From: a virus
Taxonomy: Duplodnaviria > Caudoviricetes
DNA length: 62,664 nucleotides
Strand: one strand, 5' to 3'
Virus record (IMG/VR): IMGVR_UViG_3300018719_000038
Span: 1 to 62,664 of that record
Made by a program: the position numbers and the translations under genes. Shown one piece after another: positions 37,145 to 46,412 of the stretch. Below the pieces are notes generated by a model, which was given only the letters and a program-made list of their open reading frames with translations, was not told where the DNA came from and searched no databases. Position 1 is the stretch's first letter, and each line of letters begins with the position of its first letter.

Positions 37145-37528
37145 TTAATAGTCCGCCTCTTCACGCGGCGGTAAGACGCGCACGCTCAATTCTTGCTTTC
37201 CGAACTCTAGCGCGTCGACAATGTCCGGAATGTAAACGTCGAGCCGCTTGCCCTTGATTTTTCCGCCTCGGTCGGTACACGTCCGCTCGCCGACGCCGTC
37301 TATTTCAACGCGCGTACCCAGCGGCAGTTCCCGTGGACACGCAACGGTTACCCCGGCCTCCACCGGCTTGCCTGACGCAGTGATCCCGTGGCCCGGCGTA
37401 TAGTCATCGCCGACGGAGTACGCAGTGACGACGTAGGTTTCCGGTTTAGACGGAAGCTTGCCCGTTGCTTCCGTCATTCCGGTTACCGCAACCGCCAGCG
37501 CCAGGATCACCGCGTTTATTACGCCGAT
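37145..37528 (-). CDS. 3D-domain cell-wall enzyme (start ATC 37528 or GTG 37510)
   Basis: VTAYS..GITASG..VACP..LPLGT..DRGGKIKGKRLDVY; signal-like N-terminus. Confidence 0.85.
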   Translation of the reverse strand: MGVINAVILALAVAVTGMTEATGKLPSKPETYVVTAYSVGDDYTPGHGITASGKPVEAGVTVACPRELPLGTRVEIDGVGERTCTDRGGKIKGKRLDVYIPDIVDALEFGKQELSVRVLPPREEADY

Positions 37529-38142
37529 GTCTGCGCCTCCTCGAACGCCTCCTCAATCTGCGCGATCAACGCCGCTTTCGCTTCGGCTGGCGTGATTTTG
37601 ACGACGTCACTCTCGCGGGCCCAATCGTCCTTATCGCCAAGTATGGCACGTAGTTTATACGGAACGTGCGAGTCGTCGACAACCGTAACCTGCGCGATGT
37701 CCCCAGCGACTAGCTCCTCGTTGTAAGTCCGCTCAACCACGCGCACATAGTCGTCGACCTTAATCGCGATCTGCGCCTCCAACTCGGCGATCTCGGCGCG
37801 CTTTCGTTCGATGGCTGCGCGGATTTCGGCCGGCGATTGTGGCGTTTGAGGCGCGGTGTCTACCTGGCGGAATACGGTGAAATCATCGGAATCTACGTAC
37901 ATAAGCTCGTCATAATCCTCGTCCAAACCGCGCGCATCTCCGCCATCATCATAGAATCCTACGACGCCGCCTTTACTGATAGTTATGCCGTAAAATGCTC
38001 TGATTTCGATATCCTGCCAATTACCGTCGTCGCACCGCAATATATCGCCAAGCTGCGCCGGCCCCTCCGTCTTCACATACCGTGCGCCAGCGTACTCAAT
38101 CTCGCGGTCGTTGATCTCTTTTACTCCGCTCAAACTTGCCAT
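37519..38142 (-). CDS. Repeat-domain phage protein
   Basis: AQLGDIL..FY..FYDDGGD unit resembles the N-terminus of 48266..49429. Confidence 0.65.
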   Translation of the reverse strand: MASLSGVKEINDREIEYAGARYVKTEGPAQLGDILRCDDGNWQDIEIRAFYGITISKGGVVGFYDDGGDARGLDEDYDELMYVDSDDFTVFRQVDTAPQTPQSPAEIRAAIERKRAEIAELEAQIAIKVDDYVRVVERTYNEELVAGDIAQVTVVDDSHVPYKLRAILGDKDDWARESDVVKITPAEAKAALIAQIEEAFEEAQTSA

Positions 38143-38171
38143 TTATTCGAACACCTCCGCATTATCGCGAT

Positions 38172-38438
38172 TTATTCGCTTAATTTTTCGTCAAGATACG
38201 AATCGATTACGTCAAACTGCAGGTGCTGCGCCAGCACGGTCCGCTCGGCAAGGTCGACGTTGCTCCATCCGGATTCTATCGCGCCGTTCAAGCGATCCGG
38301 CCCGACCGTTGCGATAACGTAGCCAGTAATCCGCCCGGCCAACGCATCAGCCGCAAGTCCGGCGAGTTCGACCGCCATTTCGTTCGCGGCGCAGGGGAAC
38401 GGGATGACTTCGGCGAGTTGCGGTTTCTCTTCGCTCAT
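38172..38438 (-). CDS. Hypothetical protein
   Basis: 88 aa, coupled ATGA start. Confidence 0.65.
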   Translation of the reverse strand: MSEEKPQLAEVIPFPCAANEMAVELAGLAADALAGRITGYVIATVGPDRLNGAIESGWSNVDLAERTVLAQHLQFDVIDSYLDEKLSE

Positions 38439-38575
38439 TCTGCGTCCCCCTTTTCGTTAGACTTACGCGAGGCCCAAGCGTTCGCCCACGCAGTCGCGAC
38501 GTTTGATACGGTGATCAGCGCGAACACGCAGAGGATTGCGAAGATAAACGGATGTTCTGCGATGAATTGCGTCAT
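38435..38575 (-). CDS. Small membrane peptide (46 aa)
   Basis: MTQFIAEHPFIFAILCVFALITVSNV...; abuts dUTPase stop. Confidence 0.6.
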   Translation of the reverse strand: MTQFIAEHPFIFAILCVFALITVSNVATAWANAWASRKSNEKGDAE

Positions 38576-39139
38576 TTATGCGGTCACCCCTTCCGCCCGT
38601 GTTCCCGTGTGTCCGAATCCGCCGGACTTGCGCACCGTTTCACTCAATTCGTCGACGACTGCGAAGGTTACACGCTCGACTGCGGCCATAACCCCCTGCG
38701 CGATGCGGTCACCTTTGCGGATGATGTACGTCCCGTCGAGTCGCGGCATCCAGTCAAGTTTTGCGGTGGTTCCGTCTATTTGCGTCACAATCTTCGTTTT
38801 AAGGAACTCGACCTCTCGCTGGTTGAAGTCGATGTCCCATATAACCGGCTGCGCAATATTATCGACTATCACCTTGACCTCTCCGCGAAAATCCCCGTCC
38901 ACCGTGCCCGGCGAGTTGGATACGCGTAGTTTCGTTTTCCAGCTAATTCCGGATCGCGGCCGAATCTGCAGCTCGTAGCCGGGCGGAATCTCAATCGCGA
39001 AGCCGAGCGGAACGAGTGCGGTTTCGCCTGGCGCAATGATCACGTCTTCCACCGCGACAAGATCGAAGCCGGCCGCGAGTTCCGTTGCGTAACGTGGTAC
39101 GACGGCATCCGGGTGCAGGCGTTTGATATTAACGATCAT
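38576..39139 (-). CDS. dut: Trimeric dUTPase with insertion
   Basis: AAGFDL, RPRSG, GTVDGDFRGE, GDRIAQ, RKSGGFGHTG. Confidence 0.95.
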   Translation of the reverse strand: MIVNIKRLHPDAVVPRYATELAAGFDLVAVEDVIIAPGETALVPLGFAIEIPPGYELQIRPRSGISWKTKLRVSNSPGTVDGDFRGEVKVIVDNIAQPVIWDIDFNQREVEFLKTKIVTQIDGTTAKLDWMPRLDGTYIIRKGDRIAQGVMAAVERVTFAVVDELSETVRKSGGFGHTGTRAEGVTA

Positions 39140-39438
39140 CGACTGTCCCCCTCCCGCTCCTCAATTACGTAAATTTGGCCGCGCTGCTCGATAACTTCGT
39201 ATTTCGTCGCGTCGATAACATGGCCCGGCCGGAGTGTGACTTCGTGGCGGACCGGTTCGTTCGTAAGTATGGCGGCAGCTATTGCAATAGCTCCGAGCAA
39301 AATACCGAAGAGTACCGCGACAGGTTCGTCCTCAACCATTCCGCCGATAAAGAGAAAAGACCCTAATATTCCGGCTAAAATCGCAATCAACAGAGCCACT
39401 CCGTTAATCGCGCCACCATACGTATTCAGCACATCCAT
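39136..39438 (-). CDS. Two-TM membrane protein
   Basis: Hydrophobic N-terminal half; C-terminal KYEVIEQRGQIY. Confidence 0.7.
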   Translation of the reverse strand: MDVLNTYGGAINGVALLIAILAGILGSFLFIGGMVEDEPVAVLFGILLGAIAIAAAILTNEPVRHEVTLRPGHVIDATKYEVIEQRGQIYVIEEREGDSR

Positions 39439-40334
39439 TAGGCCGCAGCCACCTCCGCCCCGGTCGCGCCGTAATCAACGTCAGTGTCGTCGAGAATGTA
39501 GTCGCCGGTTTTGTCCGGCTCATACGGCATGTATGTCGTATCCGCGACACTGCGATACAAGAACGTCTTTCCAAATTCCCGCGAAATTTTCTGAACAGTC
39601 AGCGGATCAAACTTTGTTCCACCGTAACCAAAAGCCTGCACCAACGCACCCACTCGCGGCTCGTCCGGTTGCGGCGCGTTCAGGTATTCGTCCGGCACCG
39701 GGAGGCCGAGTGCTTTGTACAACGCGATTGCCTTGCCGATTTCAGCGTGGAAGACGTCGCCGGGCGCACATTTTGCGGTAGCTTTCGCCCAAATTGTTCC
39801 GCTGTACACACCGCGGAGAAGTGCGGTTACTGCGCGTTTCTCGCGGTTGACGTGAAACTCAACGTTCATATTGCGTATTCCATTTGCTCCCATTACGCCC
39901 AAATGCCGTCCACGTCCCCGGCCGATACTTTCCGATACCTTCGCAACGTCCGCCTTGGCCTTCGCGATAACCGTTGCTCGGTTCGGCTTTTCCTCCGCGC
40001 GGCTTAACGGGTTGGGCTGCGTATCGGCAGGCGCAACCGGCGCGATCTCATCGAGGTATTTCCGGACGGCCGCGGCGTTTTCGCGGAGAAATTGCGCGAG
40101 CAGCTCGGAAATTGGCGAGGACTCAACCGGTTCGAGGACGACATACTCGCGTGGGTACGCCAGAAATTCGCGGCCCTTTCGCCCGATAAATCGTACATCA
40201 CCGTCCATGTCTGTTCGTTTGACCGTAAACACATCGCCATTTTCGTAGTGACCTAGCGTGTGTTCTGCCGCCACGATCTTAATGCGTTCCCCGACGTTGG
40301 CCTTGCGTTTGACCTCTCGATATTGCTGTGTCAT
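39438..40334 (-). CDS. Repeat-domain phage protein, paralog of 35691..37124
   Basis: YREVKRKANVGE; AKCAPGDVFHAEIGKAIAL..LGL.VP.EYL.AP.P. Confidence 0.7.
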   Translation of the reverse strand: MTQQYREVKRKANVGERIKIVAAEHTLGHYENGDVFTVKRTDMDGDVRFIGRKGREFLAYPREYVVLEPVESSPISELLAQFLRENAAAVRKYLDEIAPVAPADTQPNPLSRAEEKPNRATVIAKAKADVAKVSESIGRGRGRHLGVMGANGIRNMNVEFHVNREKRAVTALLRGVYSGTIWAKATAKCAPGDVFHAEIGKAIALYKALGLPVPDEYLNAPQPDEPRVGALVQAFGYGGTKFDPLTVQKISREFGKTFLYRSVADTTYMPYEPDKTGDYILDDTDVDYGATGAEVAAA

Positions 40335-40385
40335 ATTGCGTTCCTCCTTCGGTTATTTGGCGTTCCGGCGCGTCGTTGCGCCTTA

Positions 40386-40421
40386 CACTGACTATGTTGC
40401 CGACGCGCCCGATTCCGCACA
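40386..40421 (-). promoter_or_regulatory. Conserved phage promoter-like motif, copy 1
   Basis: TGTGCG-N13-CGGCAACA-N-AGTCAGTG on minus strand; same spacing at 52753 and 61560. Confidence 0.75.
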
Positions 40422-40466
40422 TTTTTAGCGAAAAAAAAAAAAACGGAGAAGGCCGCAGCCCCTCCG

Positions 40467-40649
40467 TTAATCTCTCGCTATTACGTTTTCAGTCGCTTCC
40501 AACCGACGCCGGGCCTCCGCAAGCTTCCGCTCATATTTCGCCAGAAGGCCCGTATAAATCTCAACGCTATTTTCGAGGCTTGCGACCTCTGCGCGCTGCA
40601 TTTCGATAAGATGGGCGCAGGTATTCCCGTTATCCGGCAGCATGATCAC
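40467..40649 (-). CDS. Small coiled-coil protein
   Basis: GTG overlapping the resolvase stop; followed by terminator hairpin. Confidence 0.55.
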   Translation of the reverse strand: MIMLPDNGNTCAHLIEMQRAEVASLENSVEIYTGLLAKYERKLAEARRRLEATENVIARD

Positions 40650-41206
40650 GCCGCCCCCGCCTCCGCCGGCCCGTCGATCAAGTTTTCGCGAATCAAATAC
40701 GCCAGGCACACCGCGAGCGCATCGCTATCATCGTATCCGGCCCGGAATTGATAGTCAGCCGGCAGCCGCAGCCACTTGCGCACGGCCTCGGCAACCTTAG
40801 CTTTATCCGCGTTACCATCGCCAGTTACGATTTTCTTTACCGTTTTAGGCGAAATGTTGTCCGCAACTGCGAGGCCGAGGCGAGATAGCGCGCGATCCAC
40901 CGCCGACCATGCGCCGTGAACCTTGTCGTTCTGCGCGTAGTTGCGGCTTGGCGGCCATATCTCGCGTATGATTGCGGAGTCCGGCCGATGTTCGCGGAAA
41001 AAGAGTAACGCGTGGGCCTCGATAACTTCGTAACGCAGCGGCTGCTCTTCGTCGGAATCCGTTTTGACTACGGACGTCGCGACGAGACGAGGGACGCGGT
41101 CAATCACGTCGATGACCGCAAATCCCGGAGATGTTAGCGATAGGTCGAGGCCGGCATATCGCGCCTTAGGCCGCGACGTCTTCGTCTTCTTCGTCCGTGT
41201 CGTCAG
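40646..41206 (-). CDS. RuvC-like Holliday junction resolvase (probable CTG start)
   Basis: GLDLSLTSPG, IIRE, TVKKIVTGDGNADKAKV, DDSDALAV; AAGGAGG 8 nt before CTG. Confidence 0.85.
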   Translation of the reverse strand: MTTRTKKTKTSRPKARYAGLDLSLTSPGFAVIDVIDRVPRLVATSVVKTDSDEEQPLRYEVIEAHALLFFREHRPDSAIIREIWPPSRNYAQNDKVHGAWSAVDRALSRLGLAVADNISPKTVKKIVTGDGNADKAKVAEAVRKWLRLPADYQFRAGYDDSDALAVCLAYLIRENLIDGPAEAGAA

Positions 41207-41396
41207 TCTCTCCGCCTCCTTCCGATGAGTATCCGATGAGGAATGCAGTGAGCGCAAGGATTCCGATGATCACGCGGCCGACAAACGGGATATCCGAATC
41301 GAACAGCGCGCCGGTTACGAAGCCAAAACCGAGGCCGATTGCACCAGTCAGTGCGATGTAGAGAACGCCGTTTACCGTTTTATTTACGTATTTCAT
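41166..41396 (-). CDS. Small two-TM membrane protein
   Basis: Hydrophobic ORF abutting upstream stop. Confidence 0.6.
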   Translation of the reverse strand: MKYVNKTVNGVLYIALTGAIGLGFGFVTGALFDSDIPFVGRVIIGILALTAFLIGYSSEGGGETDDTDEEDEDVAA

Positions 41397-41618
41397 TTAC
41401 GCAGCCTCCCCGTCGATCTTCGTCAATAGCCGGTCCGTCGCTTGTTCGAATAGTGCGAGTAGCCGATCGGTGCTCTCCGCTGCAGTCGGCGCGATCGCTC
41501 CGTCAACATACTCATCTATCTTCGTAATCACTTCCGCCGGCAGGATTTCCGTAACATCCTTTCCGGTAACATCCTCGACGAAACTGCCCATCGCGCAAAA
41601 TACGATCAACTCGTCCAT
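41397..41618 (-). CDS. Hypothetical protein
   Basis: ATG at 41618 behind AAGGAGG. Confidence 0.6.
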   Translation of the reverse strand: MDELIVFCAMGSFVEDVTGKDVTEILPAEVITKIDEYVDGAIAPTAAESTDRLLALFEQATDRLLTKIDGEAA

Positions 41619-41619
41619 A

Positions 41620-42672
41620 CTACGCGGCCTCCTTCGCAATTTCTCTTTCCGCGCGAATCCGGTAGATGTCCGCAAGTGCTTCCGCCGGGCCGCGCTTCTT
41701 CCAGTCCGGCAGGCTCGACCGTTGGATTGCCGAGACGTGGCGCTCTATTTCCGCGAGCTCGTCCGGCGACAGCGACAGCGCACACGCCGTTTTGAAATTG
41801 TTGAACGTCCACTTGTCGACATCGAGTTTCGGAGGCTTGCCCGCTTCGGCCGCCGCAACGATCCCGGCGAAATGGTCGAGAACTTCCGCGCGCATCTCGT
41901 CCGTAATGTGTAGGCCGAACGCCGCAATGTCCGGATTCTTTTCGAACTCGTCCGGCGTCATCATCCACGACTTTTTCGACGCGTTGACGTAGAGGATAAT
42001 GTAATAGTCGATCGGTTCCGCGTCAGTTCCGTACATAACCGAGTAGCAGACGCATTGCTTAACGTGGTCCTCTTTCGGTCCCTTGCGCGTTGAGTATTCG
42101 GACGTTTGCGAGTACGTAGTTTGTTTGCTTTTGATCTCCAAACCGACGCGAACGGTCCGCCCGAGTTCCGGAACGAATACGCGCATGATTCCGTCGCAGG
42201 TTCCGTATAGCGCGAAGACTTTTCCGGCATGCTCAACGATTTTGTTCAACTTCGCGAAGTCCTCAAACATCGGCTCGCCGTGATCGTTCCGCACGAAGCT
42301 AAATTCCGGATTCTCTCCGTAATGCCGAGCGTAGTGGCGTTCCGCGAACAAAATATCGCGCTGAATCGTATCGCCGATTGCGGTTCCGATTCGAGTCCAG
42401 CGCCCTTGAAATGCCGGCCGGTCCTCGTTGTCCTTTTTCGCGCCGCGCATTTTCTCGTACAGGCTGCGCGGATCGGCGTTGGCAGATGACGGAGAGAAAT
42501 ACGGCAGCCCCCGCGCCGGCCATACTTTCCGCGACTTGTCCGATAAGACCATGCTATACCAGTGATGGATTTGCGAGTCGAGCGTATCATCGTAGACTTC
42601 CGGGGCCGCGTGCCAGTTGTTAAGGAATTGCGTAAATTGTTGCGCGATTTTATCTGCGATAAGTTGTGTAAT
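41620..42672 (-). CDS. PD-(D/E)XK exonuclease (probable ATT start)
   Basis: FSPSS, GTCDGI, LEIKS, Q..CY; frame extends 40 codons to ATT behind GGAGG. Confidence 0.75.
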   Translation of the reverse strand: MTQLIADKIAQQFTQFLNNWHAAPEVYDDTLDSQIHHWYSMVLSDKSRKVWPARGLPYFSPSSANADPRSLYEKMRGAKKDNEDRPAFQGRWTRIGTAIGDTIQRDILFAERHYARHYGENPEFSFVRNDHGEPMFEDFAKLNKIVEHAGKVFALYGTCDGIMRVFVPELGRTVRVGLEIKSKQTTYSQTSEYSTRKGPKEDHVKQCVCYSVMYGTDAEPIDYYIILYVNASKKSWMMTPDEFEKNPDIAAFGLHITDEMRAEVLDHFAGIVAAAEAGKPPKLDVDKWTFNNFKTACALSLSPDELAEIERHVSAIQRSSLPDWKKRGPAEALADIYRIRAEREIAKEAA

Positions 42673-42960
42673 TTAAACCGCCTCCCAAACTTCGATTGTC
42701 TTCGTTACCTTGCGTACTTCCACAACGTCAGCGTCCCCGTCGTCCCACTCGCTGTTATACGAATAGTCCGAGAAGTACGAACCGGAGCGCATTGCTGTCG
42801 CGCTATAATAACGCTCGCCGTCCGTAAAGATGACTTCGCAGGATTCGTATTTACCTTCGGAAATCCAATCGCCGACCTCGACGACCTTCAAATCTCCGCT
42901 ATAACATTCGCAGGCCATATCCTCAACGTCCGCAACGCTAACTTTAATCGACATACTCAC
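42673..42960 (-). CDS. Hypothetical protein
   Basis: 95-aa acidic ORF; RSGSYFSDY. Confidence 0.7.
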   Translation of the reverse strand: MSMSIKVSVADVEDMACECYSGDLKVVEVGDWISEGKYESCEVIFTDGERYYSATAMRSGSYFSDYSYNSEWDDGDADVVEVRKVTKTIEVWEAV

Positions 42961-42969
42961 GCAGCCTCC

Positions 42970-43260
42970 TTATCGCAATTTCGATTCATCAAACGGTTCA
43001 TACGTAATCTCGGCAGGACAATTTTGCATCTTTCCAGCTTTAAAGTACTTACGCCAAAGGTCCCCGGCTTCTTCTCCCTCGCCGCTAAGTTTGAAAAGCA
43101 CGTCTGGGAAACGTTCGGAAAATGCGATCATCTCAGCTTCGTGCTCATACCACTTACAATCGTCTTCAAACGCGTAAGCAAAGTCACTTTCGTCCAATGC
43201 CTCACGCACTTCCGGTAAGTCCGGCGTCATTTCAAGTTCGTAATGCGTGTAATATCCCAT
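42970..43260 (-). CDS. Hypothetical protein
   Basis: MGYYTHYEL..KWYEHE..L.GEGEE..DLW..YF; ATG at 43260. Confidence 0.7.
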   Translation of the reverse strand: MGYYTHYELEMTPDLPEVREALDESDFAYAFEDDCKWYEHEAEMIAFSERFPDVLFKLSGEGEEAGDLWRKYFKAGKMQNCPAEITYEPFDESKLR

Positions 43261-43261
43261 C

Positions 43262-43900
43262 CTACGCAGCCTCCTCCGTTTTATTCCGCTCAATCCGCCG
43301 CACAATCGCGCCAGGCGGCACGTATTTAAGCGGCCGTTCCTCCGAATCAATCACGACGTTACGGTACTCGATGCTCCTGCTCTCCGCCTTTTGCCGCAAG
43401 ATCGCGTAAAGCTGCAGCGTCGCCTCGGCGTCATTCATTGCGCGGTGATGGCCCGTTAAGTCGATTCCGTACCGGGCGCAGCAGTCCGCCAGCCGGGCGC
43501 TTTCGTCCGGATCGACCAGGCGCGAGAGGGCACGCGTGCAGACGAACCCCCGCCGCATACGAAGCGACGGCATAAACGAGAGGTCAAACGGAGCATTATG
43601 CGCGACAATCACGGACCACTGTGCAAACTCATTTAGCGCAATCAGCGCGCGGAAATCAGCTACTGCCCCACGCAAGTCCTCCGCACGAATCCCGGTCAGT
43701 TGCGTGATTTCTGGCGCGATTTCGACTCCGCGCGGCAACGCAACGAACGTTTGGAACCGTCCGATTTCTCGGTAAGCAAGGCCGGGAATGCCTTCGATGA
43801 TTTCCGCACGGATTGCGGCGATTTCCGTGATATGGTCGGTCGTAGCGTCAAGGCCGGTCGTTTCGATATCGAGGACGGTTACGATTTCAGATACGCTCAT
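43262..43900 (-). CDS. DEDDh 3'-5' exonuclease (DnaQ-like)
   Basis: LDIETTG, VAHNAPFD, HRAMND. Confidence 0.92.
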   Translation of the reverse strand: MSVSEIVTVLDIETTGLDATTDHITEIAAIRAEIIEGIPGLAYREIGRFQTFVALPRGVEIAPEITQLTGIRAEDLRGAVADFRALIALNEFAQWSVIVAHNAPFDLSFMPSLRMRRGFVCTRALSRLVDPDESARLADCCARYGIDLTGHHRAMNDAEATLQLYAILRQKAESRSIEYRNVVIDSEERPLKYVPPGAIVRRIERNKTEEAA

Positions 43901-44162
43901 ATTTCGCCATCTCCTTCGCTATTAATTCGTGAATCTTGCGGCCGGGGACGCTCTTATGGCGCGGATACCATATCATCGAAAAATCGAACGCGTCCGGAAT
44001 ATCTCGGCCATCGACGCAACGCTCGACGTATTCGCGGACGTCATCGGCGAGTGTTCGCGGCTCCCATCCGCAGATACAGCCGTGATCACCGTATTCGTCC
44101 GCAAGTGTGCGGAGTTGGCGTCGGCATTGCGGACAGGTGTACGCTGCGGTTTCGCGTTCCAT
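43887..44162 (-). CDS. Zn-finger hypothetical protein
   Basis: CPQC..LADEYGDHGCICGW. Confidence 0.65.
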   Translation of the reverse strand: MERETAAYTCPQCRRQLRTLADEYGDHGCICGWEPRTLADDVREYVERCVDGRDIPDAFDFSMIWYPRHKSVPGRKIHELIAKEMAKYERI

Positions 44163-45055
44163 TTATGCGGCCTCCTCTTCGTTAATGATCGCCTTAACTT
44201 CGGTCGGCAGGCGCTTCCCAATTGCTTGCCTAATCGCCTTTTCCTCGTAGCCGGCCGGAAGTGAGTCGGATTCCTCTTTTATAAGGTCATCGTAAACGCG
44301 GCCGCCAAGATTGCGGAGAATGACGCCCATATCCTCAAGTCCGAAGTCTTCCGGAATCAGCGCCTCATCAACGAGTTTCCGTAGCAGTTTATCAACCCGC
44401 CCCCGCGTCATGAACGTTTTGACGAACGAAGCTTCCGGGGACTCCGGTGCGTTCGGATCGCGCGGGGCTTTTTGCGGCTGCACTTCGCGGAACCCTTCCG
44501 ATACCAACTTAACGAACGTCTGCTTGCCGAAGCGGTCACGGTACGCGACATTCTTTACGACGATGCCTTCGCCTCCGTCCGCCTGCGTGGCGAAAGCCGA
44601 CCGACCGACGAGCGTCTGTAAATGTTCGAACGAATGGTACGGCCCGGAGTAAAGAACCGGCGCGACCATCAAGCCCAAACGGGCAGCCTCCGCGATGACA
44701 AAGTCGGTGGGCGCGTACGAATCCTCGATCTCGTCGTAGATATCGAACAGATAGAACCCGTTTGCGTGCGCCCCATAATCGACTTTATGTTAACCAGCCA
44801 CTCGCCGTAGTAGATTACGTTAGGCAAAAGGCGGCTCGGGTCGATTTGTCGCGTCCACTCGTAAAACCCGCGAAGATTATTTTCCGGAGAGAGGCGCGTA
44901 TTGCGTGAAAAGGCCAGAACTTCCGCCGGCTCCTCCAACGATGCATTAGCTCCGTCCAGTTTCTCGTAAACAGTGATATAGTCGCCTTCCTTTACAGCGC
45001 CGACTGTTTCGCGGTGCCCCATTCGTAAAATATCCGCGTATTTCCGCTGTTCCAA
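44163..45055 (-). pseudogene. Rnl2-family RNA ligase with a single-base frameshift at ~44790 (pseudogene or sequencing error)
   Basis: EKLDGANAS, YGEW in frame 1; FYLFDI, EGIVVK, FVKLV in frame 2; adding one A restores WLVKHKVDY. Confidence 0.8.
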
Positions 45056-46147
45056 TTACGCCGCCTCCCCGTATTTATTCGCAAACTCCGGCAGCGGCCG
45101 GTTATTCGCGTAATCCCATTCGTCCGGAGCGTATTCCATCATCCAGCGTTTTTGGATGACGACGTCTGTTGTAAGCGGAACGCTCAACTCCGTCGTTTTC
45201 GTCATCACATCGTAAATCAGCGCGATCGTCTCCGGTGACACCTGCTCGTCCGGAATGCTGACGATGATTTCATCGTGAATGGACGCGTTAAACTCCCAGC
45301 CGCGTTCCCGGCAGATTTGCGCGATACGAATGCCGATCCGCTTCAAAATGTCCGCGCCAGTCCCTTGAATGACGGCGTTAAATGCCGCGCGTTCCCAATA
45401 GCCGACGAGGCCGCGTTTCTCCGCCAATACGTCGATTTCGTCTTGAATCGCGAGCAGCTTGCGTTCGTCGGCCGGAGACAGCTTCGTTTTGTTCCGCAGC
45501 GCCTTCCGCTCGGTATAGAGCCGGATCAACCGCTGCTCGTTCTTGGCTTGCGCGGCGGCCGTCGCCTTGTAATCCGGAAACCGGCGCTTCCTGCCAAACA
45601 GCGTCTCGACATATCCGTGTTGCCTCATGTACTCTCGAATGTCCGCGACCATCGTCTTAAACGACGGGAACGTGCGGTCGAAGTTCTCGAAAAACATGTG
45701 CGCGACGTCTTCCGTCACGTTCATTTTCTTCGCGAACGATTTCGGTGACTGGTCGTAAGATACCGCGAGCTGGCCGGTTTTCATCATCTTCCGCGGCTGA
45801 AATGTGTGCGTCGGATCGTACGCCTTGTCGACGCAATACTCTTCCGCCAGGCCGAACGTCATCATCGCCATCGTCGTATAAAGGTCAACGCCATCGACGA
45901 AGATCTGGCGCATAGAATTATCGCCGTACTTCGTGTACATGATGTGCGACATGATACGCGGCTCAATCTGGCCGAGGTCTGCGCCGACGAACGTAAAGCC
46001 CGGCCGCGGAACAATTTGGTTGCGGACGCGGTTCCCTGCGCCCTTTGACGGAAGGTTCTGGGCGTTCAATCCGCGTTGGACTTTTCGACTGTCGGCGATA
46101 AGCTTGCGGACGATTGCGTGGTAGTTGGCATCAGTTATTGCGACCAA
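45056..46147 (-). CDS. polA: Family A DNA polymerase, C-terminal part (motifs A, B, C)
   Basis: NAQNLP, ADLGQIEPR, RKMMKTGQLAVSY, TLFGRKR, NAVIQGTGAD, IHDE. Confidence 0.92.
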   Translation of the reverse strand: MVAITDANYHAIVRKLIADSRKVQRGLNAQNLPSKGAGNRVRNQIVPRPGFTFVGADLGQIEPRIMSHIMYTKYGDNSMRQIFVDGVDLYTTMAMMTFGLAEEYCVDKAYDPTHTFQPRKMMKTGQLAVSYDQSPKSFAKKMNVTEDVAHMFFENFDRTFPSFKTMVADIREYMRQHGYVETLFGRKRRFPDYKATAAAQAKNEQRLIRLYTERKALRNKTKLSPADERKLLAIQDEIDVLAEKRGLVGYWERAAFNAVIQGTGADILKRIGIRIAQICRERGWEFNASIHDEIIVSIPDEQVSPETIALIYDVMTKTTELSVPLTTDVVIQKRWMMEYAPDEWDYANNRPLPEFANKYGEAA

Positions 46148-46412
46148 ATGGATTACCGTCCTTATCGTAAATTGGAGACAGGCCCCCTACACCGTTCGAA
46201 GTCGCGGCAGAACTCAGTGCTGCGTAATAAATTCCCGTCTCTTTGTCTCTTACTGTTGTTATCGTGGTTGTTGTATCTATAAAGTCCCTACTTACAAACT
46301 CAAATCGTGAATTTGACGACGCTTTTTCTTTAACTCTTTCTGTATTCTCACCGCAAGCGGTAAGCCCAATCAGTAACAGCAGCGCTGCTATCCCGAAGAG
46401 TGTTTTTTTCAT
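46131..46412 (-). CDS. Lipoprotein inserted between the polymerase halves
   Basis: MKKTLFGIAALLLLIGLTAC lipobox; DKETGIYY, PIYDKDG; ATGA overlap with upstream stop. Confidence 0.85.
   Translation of the reverse strand: MKKTLFGIAALLLLIGLTACGENTERVKEKASSNSRFEFVSRDFIDTTTTITTVRDKETGIYYAALSSAATSNGVGGLSPIYDKDGNPFGRNN

Noticed and set aside
40431-40443. Long homopolymer runs (also ~2833, ~61547, ~61667) as phase-variation tracts
   Set aside because: Intergenic or terminator tails whose lengths are unreliable given other signs of indel error.
41620-42672. Cas4 with a CRISPR array
   Set aside because: The four Fe-S cysteines are not evident and no regularly spaced repeat-spacer array was seen anywhere in the window.
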